From Spirochaetaceae bacterium (GTDB lineage: Bacteria; Spirochaetota; Spirochaetia; DSM-2461), in contig OZ245056.1 in assembly GCA_965224705.1 (NCBI GenBank), forward strand, positions 1,024,001 to 1,088,000: a stretch of DNA of 64,000 nt, in the 5' to 3' direction. Shown piece after piece: positions 21,093 through 39,239 of this stretch. A program made the translations under genes and the position numbers. Below the pieces are notes generated by a model that was not told the origin of the DNA, searched no databases, and saw nothing but the letters and a program-made list of their open reading frames with translations. How positions within the stretch are numbered: the stretch's first letter is position 1; every line of letters begins with the position of its first letter.

Positions 21093-23061
21093 CCGAAGTT
21101 TTTGGCGCAAAATCCAGTTAATTTCTTTTTCTGAAAAAAGTTACAAGAATATACCGCTAAAAAAACAGGAAAATGTACGCATGTAATATGAATTTTTCTA
21201 TTGCTAATAGCTTGACATATAAATAATACATGCTATAATGCAGCACATGTATATCCAGTATATCAAAAATAGAAACTCTCCAGGCTGTTGGCTCCTTCGA
21301 AAATCAACCCGCGTCAATGGAAAACCCACGACTACAACAATAGCCAATCTCACTGATTGGCCGGCTGAGATTAGAGAAGGATTTCATGCTCTGCTTAAGG
21401 GGGCAAGAATTATCTCTCCGGATAAAATGTTCACGATTGAACGATCCTACGCTCACGGACACTCTTTGGCCATCATTCAAACCATGAAACAACTCAACAT
21501 AGAGAGTCTTCTTAAAGGCGTGTCTCCTAGAAACCTGATGCTGATTAAGGCGATGATCGCCCAGAGGATTATTCATCCTGCATCAAAGCTTGCGACCGCT
21601 TATGCTCTTGATGAAAAGAATACACATAGCTCTTTGAACCGCATTCTTGGTCTGGGAGAAGTCAAGCCTGCTGATCTTTACGGAGCACTTGATAATCTGG
21701 AAGAGCAGTGGGGAAGTATTGAACAGCGATTAAGAAACCGTCATCTCAAGGATGATACGATCTTGCTGTACGACTTGAGTTCCTTTTGGTATGAAGGTTC
21801 TCACTGTTCACTTGCCGAATACGGATATAGCCGGGACGGGAAAAGGGGTAAACGGCAAATAGAGTTAGGTGTCATGACAAATCGATACGGCGTTCCGGTT
21901 GGAGCTCAAGTATTTAAGGGCAATAGAAGTGACAGCACTACCGCAGCAGAGCAGCTTGAAAAGTTAAGGAAGCTGGGCAAAGCAATAGTGTTTGTCGGTG
22001 ATCGGGGAATGGTTACAGCCAAAAACATTAAAGAAGAGATGCTTGACAATGGGGATTGGGTAAGATGGCTTGGAGCCTTGAGTGCTCCAGCGGTCAAGAA
22101 ACTGGTTACTACCCAGAGTATTACCCCGGAACTCTTTGATGAAACGGATTTATGGGAAATACACAGCGAAGACTTTCCCGGAGAACGGCTTATCGTGTGC
22201 CGCAATCCTTATCTTGCTCAGGAACGCAGGAACAAACGGCGGGAACTGTTGAGTGCAGCTGAAGATAAGTTAAGTGCCATCCAGAAAGCCGCAAGAAGGG
22301 AAAAAAGAGCTTTACGGGGCAAAGTGAAGATTGCCGAACGCTATGGCCGAATTATTGGAAAGTATAAAATGGGCAAGCATTTCAATGTAGAGATCAGGGA
22401 CGATGACTTTTTGTTTTCTCGAAACGAAGAATCCATCGGACAGGAAGAGGCCTGTGACGGTATTTATATCCTGCGTACCAATGTGGAAAGCGATAGAATG
22501 CAAACACCAGAATGTGTGGAGAACTACAAAAATCTTCAACGAGTGGAGGAAGTGTTTCGCTGCTTGAAAATAGCCGGACTACAGGCCCGTCCCATTCATC
22601 ATCGTCTTGCAAGTCGGGTTAAAGGGCACTTTTATCTGTGCTTGCTTGCCTATTACGTAGAGTTTGCTATGAGGGAAAAACTCAAACCTCTGCTGTTTAT
22701 GGATGAGTATCAAGACAGAAGCAGGCAAAGCTCACCGGTGAGGAAGGCTTTGCGTTCACCTCATGGCAATCACAAAGCAGAACATAAAGTTAACGAAGAA
22801 GGATATCCCGTGATGAGCTTTCGATCCCTTATTGATTCTCTTTCGGCTGTAGCCATCATCGACATTCGACCTGCCGTGGATAACGCCCCCTGCTACTCGC
22901 AGGGAAGTGAGTTAAATCCTTTTCATACAAAGGTATTTGAGTTGCTAAACGTACAGTACAATCCCATGCGAATAGGGAGGTGTAAGCAGTAAACAACACA
23001 GAATTTATTTGTAAATCTTTTTTTGATAGAGAATTACTAACTTCTTCGCCAAAAACTTCGG
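21093..23061 (+). mobile_element. IS1634-family insertion sequence
   Basis: IRs CCGAAGTTTTTGGCG/CGCCAAAAACTTCGG; 6-bp target duplication TTTAGA. Confidence 0.9.
21238..22992 (+). CDS. IS1634-family DDE transposase
   Basis: LYDLSSFWYEG, GYSRDGK, VGDRGM, YKNLQRVEEVFR, RPIHHR. Confidence 0.9.
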   Translation: MQHMYIQYIKNRNSPGCWLLRKSTRVNGKPTTTTIANLTDWPAEIREGFHALLKGARIISPDKMFTIERSYAHGHSLAIIQTMKQLNIESLLKGVSPRNLMLIKAMIAQRIIHPASKLATAYALDEKNTHSSLNRILGLGEVKPADLYGALDNLEEQWGSIEQRLRNRHLKDDTILLYDLSSFWYEGSHCSLAEYGYSRDGKRGKRQIELGVMTNRYGVPVGAQVFKGNRSDSTTAAEQLEKLRKLGKAIVFVGDRGMVTAKNIKEEMLDNGDWVRWLGALSAPAVKKLVTTQSITPELFDETDLWEIHSEDFPGERLIVCRNPYLAQERRNKRRELLSAAEDKLSAIQKAARREKRALRGKVKIAERYGRIIGKYKMGKHFNVEIRDDDFLFSRNEESIGQEEACDGIYILRTNVESDRMQTPECVENYKNLQRVEEVFRCLKIAGLQARPIHHRLASRVKGHFYLCLLAYYVEFAMREKLKPLLFMDEYQDRSRQSSPVRKALRSPHGNHKAEHKVNEEGYPVMSFRSLIDSLSAVAIIDIRPAVDNAPCYSQGSELNPFHTKVFELLNVQYNPMRIGRCKQ

Positions 23062-23082
23062 TTTAGAGATTGGAGGTTTTGA

Positions 23083-25455
<2,373 letters not shown>

Positions 25456-25463
<8 letters not shown>

Positions 25464-26319
25464 ATTAATTCAAAATCGTTATGAGTTTGTCATTCTGTTT
25501 GATGTAAAGAACGGGAATCCCAACGGAGATCCCGATGGAGGAAATCTTCCGCGGATTGATCCGGAAACCGGATACGGGATTGTTACCGATGTCTGCGTTA
25601 AGCGGAAAATAAGAAACTATGTTGAAATCGTCAAGGGCGATCAGTCGCCCTATTGCATCTATGTCAAGGAAAAATCCATTCTGACGGAACGGCGAAAACC
25701 TGCCTATGAAGCGGTGAAAGATGTCAAGGAAAAACAGGACAAAGTGAGTCAGGGCCGCCAGTGGATGTGTCAGAATTTTTTTGATGTCCGTACTTTTGGC
25801 GCAGTGATGAGTACAAAAGAAAATAACTGTGGCCAGGTCCGCGGTCCGGTGCAGATTGCGTTTTCCCAAAGCGTCGATCCCATTGTGCCTCTGGAAGCCA
25901 GCATCACCCGCATGGCTGTGGAGACCGCCAAAGAGGCCGAATCACAGGACGGTGATAATCGTATGATGGGAAGAAAGACCTACATTCCCTACGGCCTGTA
26001 CCGGGGACATGGCTTTGTTTCCGCGCCTTTTGCCAGGCAGACCGGGTTCTCCGAAGAGGATCTTGAGTTGTTGTGGACGGCATTGGCGAATATGTTTGAT
26101 CATGATCATTCCGCCTCCCGGGGGGAGATGGCGATACAGAAATTGATTGTCTTCAAACATAACTCCGAGTTGGGGAGCGGGCCATCCCATAAACTTTTTT
26201 CTTTGATCAAGGTAGAGAAAATCAACGGGGATCTTCCGGCCCGTTCCTTCACCGATTATAAGGTGACTGTCGATAAAGAATCAGCGCCCAGTGGTGTCGA
26301 TATTATTGAGAAGATTTGA
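25456..26319 (+). CDS. cas7c: type I-C Cas7c/Csd2
   Basis: NGNPNGDPDGGNLPRID, FDVRTFGAV, VRGPVQ. Confidence 0.95.
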
Positions 26320-26933
26320 GTGTGTCAACGGATTTTCTTCCCCTATCGGCGCTTCAGCATTTTGTCTATTGTCCCCGGCAGTGCGCGTTGATCCATCTGG
26401 AACAGCAGTGGACCGAAAACCAATTCACCGCCGAGGGGCGAATTCTGCATGAGAGGGTTGACCGGCCGGAAAATGAAACCCGCGATGGAATAAGAAGGGA
26501 GTATGCGGTGCGTATCAGTTCTTCAAGTCTGGGACTGGTGGGTCAGGCCGATTCTATTGAGTTTTATCAGGACGGAAAATGCTGTCCCGTGGAGTACAAG
26601 CGGGGTCGTCCCAAGTTTACCCACTGTGACTGGATTCAGCTTTGTGCCCAGGCTCTCTGTCTTGAGGAAATGATGGGTATCGATATTCCTGAAGGGGCGA
26701 TTTTCTATGGACAGCCTCGACGCCGTCAAGTTGTCGAGTTTACACAGGAATTGAGGGAGGAAACGGAGAAAACAGCAAGAAGTCTACATCAGCTCATGGA
26801 GGCAAAAGCAACACCTCCGGCGAGATATGAACGGAAAAAATGCGAATCCTGTTCTCTGCTGGAAGTGTGTATGCCAAAGAAGCACCTCTCCGTTGATTCC
26901 TATATACGGAAATTACTTCAGGACGATTCGTGA
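26316..26933 (+). CDS. cas4: Cas4 exonuclease
   Basis: YCPRQ, PVEYKRG, QLCAQALCLEEM, C-terminal CxxCS...C. Confidence 0.95.
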   Translation: MSVSTDFLPLSALQHFVYCPRQCALIHLEQQWTENQFTAEGRILHERVDRPENETRDGIRREYAVRISSSSLGLVGQADSIEFYQDGKCCPVEYKRGRPKFTHCDWIQLCAQALCLEEMMGIDIPEGAIFYGQPRRRQVVEFTQELREETEKTARSLHQLMEAKATPPARYERKKCESCSLLEVCMPKKHLSVDSYIRKLLQDDS

Positions 26934-27967
26934 AAAAGCTGCTGAATACCTTGTATGTTACCACCCAGAATGTGTATCTGCGTAAGGAGAGGGAGTCTGT
27001 TGTTGTGAGTCTTGAGCGAAAAGATATTCTCAGGCTCCCCATTCACACTTTGGATGGAATTGTTTGTTTTGGCGCGGTTTCTATGAGTCCGTTTCTTATG
27101 TATCATTGCGCGGAAAACAATGTAGCGGTGAGTTTTCTGTCCGAGAATGGGAAATTTCTGGCTCGGATTCAAGGACCTGTTTCCGGCAATGTTCTGCTTA
27201 GGAGGCAGCAGTACCGCATGGCTGATTCTGAGGACTCCGCGGTGAATATAGCGCGGCATTTTCTTATCGGAAAGCAGGCGAATTGCCGGACTGTTTTGAG
27301 CCGGGCATTGCGCGATCACGGGAATAAGATTGAAGCGGATGCGCTTAAGGCTGCTCGGAAGCGATTTAAAATATATCTGAAACAACTTGAAGTAAAATCT
27401 ATGTCCATGAGTCAACTGCGAGGTTACGAGGGGGAGGCCGCGTCATGTTATTTTTCGGTTTTTTCCGATTTGATTACAGTCAATGGAGGGGGTTTCGAAT
27501 TCACTGGGCGAACCCGGCATCCGCCACTGGACCCCGTCAATGCCCTGATGTCTTTCGCCTATACTCTTCTTACCCATGACTGTCGATCTGCATTGGAAGG
27601 TGTCGGTTTGGATCCATCCGTTGGCTTTCTTCATGCTGATCGCCCGGGAAGACCGTCTCTGGCGCTTGATTTAATGGAAGAATTCCGTCCTTTTCTGGCG
27701 GATCGATTAGTTCTTTCTCTTATCAATCGCCGTCAGATACAGCGTAATGATTTTGTCTGTTTCACAAACGGAGCGGTCTCCATGAGTGATACGGCACGTA
27801 AAACAGTTTTAGAAACATGGCAGAAGCGTAAGCAGGAAATGATTACTCATCCGTACCTTGGAGAAAAATGCAAGGTAGGCCTTCTCCCTCATCTACAGGC
27901 CCAGCTTTTATCGCGGCATATTCGGGGCGATTTGGAAGCGTATCCACCGTTTATATGGGGTCCTTGA
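26930..27967 (+). CDS. cas1: Cas1 (type I-C)
   Basis: LLNTLYVT, LRGYEG, DPVNALMSF, LALDLMEEFR. Confidence 0.97.
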   Translation: MKKLLNTLYVTTQNVYLRKERESVVVSLERKDILRLPIHTLDGIVCFGAVSMSPFLMYHCAENNVAVSFLSENGKFLARIQGPVSGNVLLRRQQYRMADSEDSAVNIARHFLIGKQANCRTVLSRALRDHGNKIEADALKAARKRFKIYLKQLEVKSMSMSQLRGYEGEAASCYFSVFSDLITVNGGGFEFTGRTRHPPLDPVNALMSFAYTLLTHDCRSALEGVGLDPSVGFLHADRPGRPSLALDLMEEFRPFLADRLVLSLINRRQIQRNDFVCFTNGAVSMSDTARKTVLETWQKRKQEMITHPYLGEKCKVGLLPHLQAQLLSRHIRGDLEAYPPFIWGP

Positions 27968-28260
27968 ATGCTTGTTCTGGTGAGCTATGATGTATCAACC
28001 GTCAATAGGGCGGGAAGTCGTCGGCTAAACCGTATCGCAAAAACCTGCCTGGATTATGGCCAGCGTGTTCAGAATTCGGTTTTTGAATGCCTTGTTGATC
28101 CCGCCCAATGGACGAAATTGCGTACAGAACTTCTAGGATTGTATAACAAGGATGAAGACTCACTCAGATTCTATTTCCTGGGTAAGAATTGGGAAAAAAA
28201 GTTGAACACCATGGAACCAAAAAAAGCCCAAATCTGGAAGCAGATACGTTGATAGTTTGA
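27968..28260 (+). CDS. cas2: Cas2 with apparent frameshift in an A7 tract near its 3' end
   Basis: LVSYDV, YGQRVQNSVFEC, DSLRFY; typical tail VEHHG...LIV lies in another frame after 28194-28200. Confidence 0.9.
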
Positions 28261-28438
28261 ATTGCGAACATCAAGTTGGTGGAGCAGGCCGGGTAGGTTC
28301 GCTGTTTTGTTATTTCTTTATTCAATAATGAAATAATATTTTTTCTTTGTTGGCCATGTTTATTTTAGGATGTCTGTAGCCAGGGTTCGCAAAATCAGGG
28401 ATATTGACAATTATCTGTAAAGGACTTAATAAGAAGGT
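28261..28438 (+). promoter_or_regulatory. CRISPR leader
   Basis: AT-rich noncoding stretch with GCGAAC/GGTTCGC motifs between cas2 and the first repeat. Confidence 0.75.
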
Positions 28439-32575
<4,137 letters not shown>

Positions 32576-32639
32576 ATGTGTTATGTTAATTGTATAGACC
32601 AGAGGAGGTTGTTTAGAGTTGTGAAGATGCCCCAAGTAG

Positions 32640-32940
32640 TTGATGCAAGCATACACGACTAGTACCGATGGATCCGCATGGAATGCCCTGACGAGAAGAC
32701 ACGAGAAAAGGGAAATGATTGACACCATAAGGCATGTCCAACAGGAAAACTCCTATAGGACAGATCCTCCCCGTGTGCATGAGGAACTAAAGAAGAAGGG
32801 GTTCGGTCGCAGCAAAGTGGCCCGCCTTATTTAGTGAAAACGATTTAAAATGCCGCACTAAAAGAGTTTATATCAAAACAACTGTATCGGACCCGGCAGA
32901 AGGAATCAACTCCCGATTTGTTGCGGAGAGACTTTGCTGC
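32640..32940 (+). pseudogene. degraded IS3-family transposase fragment
   Basis: PRVHEELKKKG..RSKVARL and downstream PDLLRRDF-like sequence with frameshifts. Confidence 0.6.
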
Positions 32941-33060
32941 CAGAGGGCATGAGAAGGTGTTTTTTCAGTTGATGTGTGGAGTTCTTTGTCTTAACGCACA
33001 AAAGATACTTCAATATTACATTCTGCCAGCCCTGAACAAAGAAGCGGCATTGAAGTAATA
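32941..33060 (+). pseudogene. C-terminal fragment of another transposase
   Basis: RGHEKVFFQLMCGVLCL resembles DDE transposase tails. Confidence 0.35.
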
Positions 33061-33238
33061 GGAAGAAGTATATCTAAAACAGAGAAAAATGGCTTTTTTC
33101 ATATAAAAGGCTTGACAAAAGCTTTATTTTTAACGAAAACTTGGCCAAAGTAGCATCAGGGGCAGCGACATTTCTTGCTCTAACTGATACCTTATAGAGG
33201 GTTTTTGAATGAGTTCCGTCACTTAACGAGACAGGAAT

Positions 33239-33892
33239 ATGTGTAAATATCAAATTTCAATGGAGATTTCAGGAATTCTGGCGATGTGGGCCAGGCCTGA
33301 TACTGGTTCAAGCCCAACTTCTTATCCCATACCCACATGGTCAGCAGTTAAAGGGCTATTTGAATCAATCGCTTTTTTAAAAGATGGTCGGGCTTGGGTT
33401 AACCCAACTCATGTTGAAGTGTGCAAGCCTGTTAATCAGCAAAGTCATGGTGAAATCCATTATCAAAAGTACATGACCAATTATGGCGGGCCATTGAGAG
33501 AAACGACTCTGGTTAACAATGGTAATAACTACCAATTTCCTGCTTTAATGGTGGCTAACCCTTGTTACCGTCTATATGCCAAAATAGAAAATGGTTCTGG
33601 GAAGCCGATGAAGCGTGGTGATAATCCCTGCCATACTTTGCAGGGAATTTTTGAACGGCGCTTGCATAAGGGGCAGTGCTATCATACGCCTTGTTTAGGT
33701 TGGAGTGAGTGCGTACCCGGCTACTGGGGTGAATTTAGGGAAGGTACCGAAGTTGATAAAAAAATAAATATCAATTTGGTATCTGTATTGAAAGGCATGT
33801 TTGATTCTCCTTTAAATGGTCAATATGCACCACATTTCCAGCAGGGTGAGGATGCATGGATAAAAGAAGGGGAATTTCGTTATGCTGAATGA
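33239..33892 (+). CDS. cas5: divergent Cas5 (I-C-like)
   Basis: EISGILAMWARPD...SYPIPTWSAVKGLFESI; GQCYHTPCLGWSE. Confidence 0.85.
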   Translation: MCKYQISMEISGILAMWARPDTGSSPTSYPIPTWSAVKGLFESIAFLKDGRAWVNPTHVEVCKPVNQQSHGEIHYQKYMTNYGGPLRETTLVNNGNNYQFPALMVANPCYRLYAKIENGSGKPMKRGDNPCHTLQGIFERRLHKGQCYHTPCLGWSECVPGYWGEFREGTEVDKKININLVSVLKGMFDSPLNGQYAPHFQQGEDAWIKEGEFRYAE

Positions 33893-35989
33893 GTTAGCAC
33901 TTATTCGCAATGGGATTGCGGAACTGGATGGAACCTCATTAAAACCTATCCATAAACAATTGCATGAACCGGGTAAAAAAATCTTTTGCGGGTGGTTTTA
34001 TCAGTTAACAGCTCAACCAATGCTGTGGAAATTGCAGAACTTGATTATTTGTCGGGAGATAGAAATAAAAAATATTGGAGCCAGGGTGACGGCAATAAAA
34101 ATCAATTCCCGGCAGTGAAATTGGAATTCCCTCTACGCCCTGGCGGAGTAAGAGCTTATCAAGATTGGAAAGCAGCCAATAAAAAACCATCGTCTGACAG
34201 TTGGTTGAAAGCACTAGCGCAAATCAGAAAAAAATATCCTCTGGATATTTCCAAAACCCAAAAATGGCCTTCTTACAGAAGCAAATTAAAGGAAAAAAGA
34301 GCCAAGTTATACCAAGGATTGAAAGCTGATGCATATGTCATAAAACAATTATTGGATACCTTTCTAAGTACTAACAACTTACTAGTTAAATTGGATGAAA
34401 AATTACTGGATTATTGCCAACGTAATGCAGATAACAACAAATTGAAACTGGCTGCACTTATTTGGTTTGCGGATGGCAAAGTAGATGCTAAAGGAAATAT
34501 GCCTGATGGTGGCAGGCCGACCTTATTGCTGGATATGCAAGCAAATGGCAGTTGTTCAGCAGCGCATATACATTGGCGGCAGGTGCTTTCAGACTTTTTG
34601 TTTGAACAAGAATCAACAGACAAAGGCGATTGTGTGATCAGTGGCAAACAAGACACTTCTATCATCACAGACACCTTTCCAGCCGTTAAATGTGATCATT
34701 TAGGTGATGTAAAACTGTTTTCGCGTAAGAAAGAAACGCCAACTTATCAACGCTATGGGAAAGAAGGTGCTGCCAGCATGGCTGTTTCTGCTGCATTAGC
34801 CGATGAAATGGCAAGTGCATTACGTTATTTAAATGAAAAAGAAAGAGGTACAACCAGAGATGTGGTTCCTGGTGAGACAGGAGTAGGTGATCTATTGATA
34901 ACTTTTTGCCGCCAACTGCCTGATGTGGAACCCGTTCGTTTATTAACCCATAATGCAGAACCTTTGGATGACGAAGATGCCTATGAAGTGGAGGCAGAAC
35001 AAATTTGTAAGGCGTTCAAAGGCAAAGATAATACATTGATGGCCCAGGTTGATTTTCTGATTATCCGCAAAATCAATGATGGTGTGCAAAAAGCGATTTT
35101 TTCATCCTCACAATCGCTGGCTAATCTGGAAGCTGGGGCTAAACATTGGACACGAGCTTGCCATAACACGCCAGAAATAAAGCTGGCTTTATTCAAGAAA
35201 GGCGATAAAACACCGCGTTTCACGAAACCTAAGTCAATCTCCCCTAAGCAATTTTCAATTTTGTTCAAAAAGCACTACACGCAAGATATTGGCAATAAAA
35301 CGCCTGAAGTACCTGGACTGCCGTTTGCTGAGGCAATGCAGTTATTTTTGTACGAAATACCTAATGTTAATTTGGCAACCAGGTTATTACAGCGCTTGCT
35401 AAAACAGTTTTCCAATTTGCTGGTAAAAGCCGCACTGAAACAAACCAAACCCATTAAGCATCATCAAGATGCACTTTACGTTATTACTGCTATCGGATTG
35501 TTGCTACATAAAGCAGGCCGTAAGAAGGAGTTATATATGAGCGAACTTGCCTATAAGCTAGGGCAGTTTTTTTCCGCCCTGGATGAAATCCATATTGGTT
35601 ATTGCAGCAGCGAATGCAATGGACAAATTCCGCCCCGTTTAATCGGTAATCAGGCCTATGCAACAGCAGTGACAAACCCAGCAAAAGCACTGGAAATTAC
35701 CGCACAGAGATCAGCGGTTTACCAAGCCTGGGCAAAAAGAACAAGCGAAAAGGCAGATGAAAAAATATCAGATAAAAAAGTTAAAAATGCCAAATATGCC
35801 TATCGATGGCTGCGTAAGCATTGTGCCGATTTACATTTGTTGGCACCCCAGCTTATACAGCCGCCTTCCACAACAGATAAAGCTGAACTTTTGCTGGGCT
35901 ATATGGCAGGCAGGCCATTTGCGGGTAGTAATAATAATTCAGAAAATAGCAATAATGAACAACCTAATGATTCACGAGGAGAGTATTAA
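33882..35989 (+). CDS. divergent Cas8c-like large subunit, frameshifted at A7 tract 33975-33981
   Basis: Position between cas5 and cas7; CVISGK motif; AYKLGQFFS..DEIH..YC; KAELLLGYMA. Confidence 0.7.
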
Positions 35990-35991
35990 TC

Positions 35992-36903
35992 ATGGAAAAT
36001 CATTCTGTACCTTTTAACCGTTGTATTGGCCTGGCCGTTTTGGAAGTGGTGATGTCTAACCCAAATGGCGATCCTGATATGGAATCTGATCCTCGCACAA
36101 TAGACACTAACGGTCATGGCTTGATTACGCCTGTTTCTTATAAGCGTAAATTTCGTGATCTGGTTGAGGACAACGAAGGTCTTGTTTTTCAAACCGCCAA
36201 AGAAAAATTGAGTTTGGATGAAAGCCGATACAAGATTTTGGAATCCAGGGGGCGGAATCGTAAAGCAATCCTTGACATGGATAAACAAGAATTTAAAGAT
36301 ACTTATTGGGATGCCCGATTGTTTGGTAACACTTTTCTTGAAAGTCTAAAAGATAAAGATCTGAGTACTGAAGAAAAGACGCGTAAAAAAAACGGTGGTT
36401 ATGCGCATTTTATTCGTACCGGTGCAGTTCAAGTTGGGGTCGGTACATCTGTAGCACCTGTTGAAATTGAACGCCTAACCATGACCAATAAATCCGGTGT
36501 ACAAGAAGATAAAGACCGAGGCATGGCGCCTTTGGCTTTTCGCGTGGTGCGGCATGGTATTTACACTATTCCTTTTTATATCAACCCGTCGATTGCACAA
36601 AAAACAGGTGCGGATGCTAAGGATTTAGAACTCTTTAAGTTTTTGGCACCTCTGGTATATCAGCACACCGCTTCGGCTATTCGTCCGCAGGTTAATACCT
36701 TGCATGTTTGGTTTGCAGAGCACAAAAGTCCACTGGGTTCATGCCCTGACCATTTACTGATTGATGCCTTAACGCCTGTTGTTAAGGAAGATATTGATCA
36801 ACCTGGTGCACGAAGTGATTATCAGGTGCCAACACGGAGCGATTTAGACGAAGCAACCAGCCAGCGTTTTAATCAGATTGTTGACCTGTGTAATGTCAAA
36901 TAA
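35992..36903 (+). CDS. cas7: divergent Cas7 (Csd2/Csh2-like)
   Basis: SNPNGDPD..SDPR, YKRKFRD, YWDARLFGNTF, TGAVQ. Confidence 0.85.
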   Translation: MENHSVPFNRCIGLAVLEVVMSNPNGDPDMESDPRTIDTNGHGLITPVSYKRKFRDLVEDNEGLVFQTAKEKLSLDESRYKILESRGRNRKAILDMDKQEFKDTYWDARLFGNTFLESLKDKDLSTEEKTRKKNGGYAHFIRTGAVQVGVGTSVAPVEIERLTMTNKSGVQEDKDRGMAPLAFRVVRHGIYTIPFYINPSIAQKTGADAKDLELFKFLAPLVYQHTASAIRPQVNTLHVWFAEHKSPLGSCPDHLLIDALTPVVKEDIDQPGARSDYQVPTRSDLDEATSQRFNQIVDLCNVK

Positions 36904-39238
36904 TTATGCAGCACATTCATCACCCAAAGACCGGCCTGAAGATAATCCGCATAGCTATGCGGATCATGTTCGAGCCGTCGAACGCCTTGGTTTGCGCCAT
37001 GCGCGAAATATGTTCAAGTATGCAAACTTATCGCCTGAGGGGATTGCTAAATATACGCAATCATTAAACTGTGCGTTACGTATTCACGACATAGGCAAAT
37101 TGGAAGCAGGCAATCAGGCCGTACTGAGTGGCAAAAAAACCGGCAAATTACCCTATGACCATGTGGATGCGGGGGTAGCAATTGCCTTGGCACAGCAGGA
37201 TCAATTGACTGCTTTACTGATACGCGCCCATCATGCACCAGGTTTGGCGAGCACCAAAGATGAGGGATTATTAAAGCGGCGTTTAGGGGAAATAAACTTG
37301 CTGAGAGGCAAACGGCATCAGCGAAATAGTGTTGAAGCCCTGTTTCTTGAAGAACATAAAAAACTTATCGATAGAACGGATGCTTTGGTCAATCAATTGC
37401 GCATAGCGCATGAAAGTTCATGCGATGATGATTTGACCAAAACAAGTATCACGGCGTTAAAAGAAGGCGAGGCATTAACAATAAGATTGTTGCTTTCTTG
37501 TTTGGTCGATGCTGATCATAGCGATGCAGCAGCCTATTATGCCAGGCAAGCCGCCTCGCTGTGTGATGATTTAGTCAAGCCCAAATGGTCAGAACGCTTG
37601 CAGCAACTCACACGAAAAATAAACGCATTGCAAGGCGATGACCCTGAACGTCAAGTGTTGCGCGATGAACTATTTAGTCAATGCCTAAACAATGACAATC
37701 ATAAACCTATTGTCACATGTGCCGCACCAGTCGGCTTGGGTAAAACCACAGCAGTAAGTGCTAATCTATTACAGCGTGCTATTCAGCATGATTTGCGCAG
37801 AATTTTTGTTATTGCGCCTTTTACCAATGTGATTAGTCAAACCGCTAAACGTTTACGTGACTATCTAGTGTTAGATGGCGAAGACCCTAATACCGTCATT
37901 GTTGAGCATCACCATCGTGCAGAATTTGATAGTGTTGAAAAACGCCAATATACAGAAACCTGGCAGGCACCGATTATCGTAACAACTGCGGTGCAGTTTT
38001 TTGAAACCTTAGCCAGTGCATCACCGACCCCATTGCGTAAATTACATCAACTACCTGGATCAGCGATCTTTATTGATGAAGCACATGCCTGTGTGTCGCC
38101 TCATTTAATGCGCCAGACTTGGCATTGGATCAAACAATTGGCGGCTACCTGGTCATGCCATGCGGTGTTGGCTTCTGGCTCGTTGGTGAAATATTGGGAA
38201 GACCGAGAAATTGTTGGCGGGGATAATGCGGTGAGTTTGATGAGTTTGCTGCAGCAGGACTTTTTTCAGGTAACCCAAGCTGCAGAGCATAGTAGATTAA
38301 AGTTTGCTCGGTTGAATGACGGGAAGGATATTGATAAAAGCGCCTTATTAAATGCCGTAGCAGAAACTGATATACAAGGCAGCCGCTTGATTATTTTAAA
38401 TACTGTGCAATCAGCCGCTGTGATAGCCCAGGCCTTACAACAGATGCTGCAACCGGATATTGGCCAATCGATTTCACTGGCTGAACGTAAAGTATTGCAC
38501 TTATCGACCGCTTTAGCACCGGTAGATCGTGCAAGAGTTATTGATGAATTAAGTAGCCGTCAACGAAAAGATAGTTATTGGAAGAATAAAGATTGGTTCT
38601 TGGCGGCAACCAGTTGTGTAGAAGCTGGCGTTGATCTGGATTTTGATTTCGGCTTCCGTGAACGTTGTTCCATGACCAGCTTTTTGCAAACTGCCGGACG
38701 CATTAATAGAGAAGGTTTAAATCCAAATAGCACCCTTTATGATTTCTTCTTGTCGAGTGATGAAGGTATTTTGCACCATCCTGGCTTTAAGGATTCGATA
38801 CAAATATTCGATAACTTTTGGGAAAAACTCATAGCAAAACAAGATCCCCTTGATGAACTATCAACTTTAGCAATTAAAGAAGAAATTAGAAGAATAGAGG
38901 CAAGTAAAGAAAAAACGGTAACCCGTTTAGCAAAAGATGAAAATAACCATAATTTTCAACAAGTACAAAAAACATTCAAAATTATTTTATCCGATACAAT
39001 CACGGTAATAGTGGACGAAGAATTAAAAGAGTCCATAAGCAAAAACATTCCAGTCAGTTATAAAAAAATTCAAAATCAATCTATCCAAATATGGCGTAAT
39101 AAAATTGAGCAGTTTGGCATCACGCCCTGTGAACAGGAATCAGGAATTTATTTTTGGAATTATGGTTACGATCCTGATTTTTTGGGTTATATGAAAGACA
39201 TGGATAGAATGATTCGGCATAGCGGGTGGATTATCTAA
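36893..39238 (+). CDS. cas3: second Cas3 (HD plus helicase)
   Basis: IHDIGK, SCLVDADH, APVGLGKT, DEAH, TSCVEAGVDLDF, QTAGRINR. Confidence 0.92.
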   Translation: MSNNYAAHSSPKDRPEDNPHSYADHVRAVERLGLRHARNMFKYANLSPEGIAKYTQSLNCALRIHDIGKLEAGNQAVLSGKKTGKLPYDHVDAGVAIALAQQDQLTALLIRAHHAPGLASTKDEGLLKRRLGEINLLRGKRHQRNSVEALFLEEHKKLIDRTDALVNQLRIAHESSCDDDLTKTSITALKEGEALTIRLLLSCLVDADHSDAAAYYARQAASLCDDLVKPKWSERLQQLTRKINALQGDDPERQVLRDELFSQCLNNDNHKPIVTCAAPVGLGKTTAVSANLLQRAIQHDLRRIFVIAPFTNVISQTAKRLRDYLVLDGEDPNTVIVEHHHRAEFDSVEKRQYTETWQAPIIVTTAVQFFETLASASPTPLRKLHQLPGSAIFIDEAHACVSPHLMRQTWHWIKQLAATWSCHAVLASGSLVKYWEDREIVGGDNAVSLMSLLQQDFFQVTQAAEHSRLKFARLNDGKDIDKSALLNAVAETDIQGSRLIILNTVQSAAVIAQALQQMLQPDIGQSISLAERKVLHLSTALAPVDRARVIDELSSRQRKDSYWKNKDWFLAATSCVEAGVDLDFDFGFRERCSMTSFLQTAGRINREGLNPNSTLYDFFLSSDEGILHHPGFKDSIQIFDNFWEKLIAKQDPLDELSTLAIKEEIRRIEASKEKTVTRLAKDENNHNFQQVQKTFKIILSDTITVIVDEELKESISKNIPVSYKKIQNQSIQIWRNKIEQFGITPCEQESGIYFWNYGYDPDFLGYMKDMDRMIRHSGWII

Positions 39239-39239
39239 T

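Noticed and set aside
21093..23061. Transposase among cas genes as a CRISPR-associated transposon
   Set aside because: Self-contained IS with its own IRs and target duplication; no tnsC/tniQ; cas3 is present
32650..32690. TSTDGSAW resembling the Asp-box spacer peptide
   Set aside because: No nucleotide match; lies in decayed IS3 sequence
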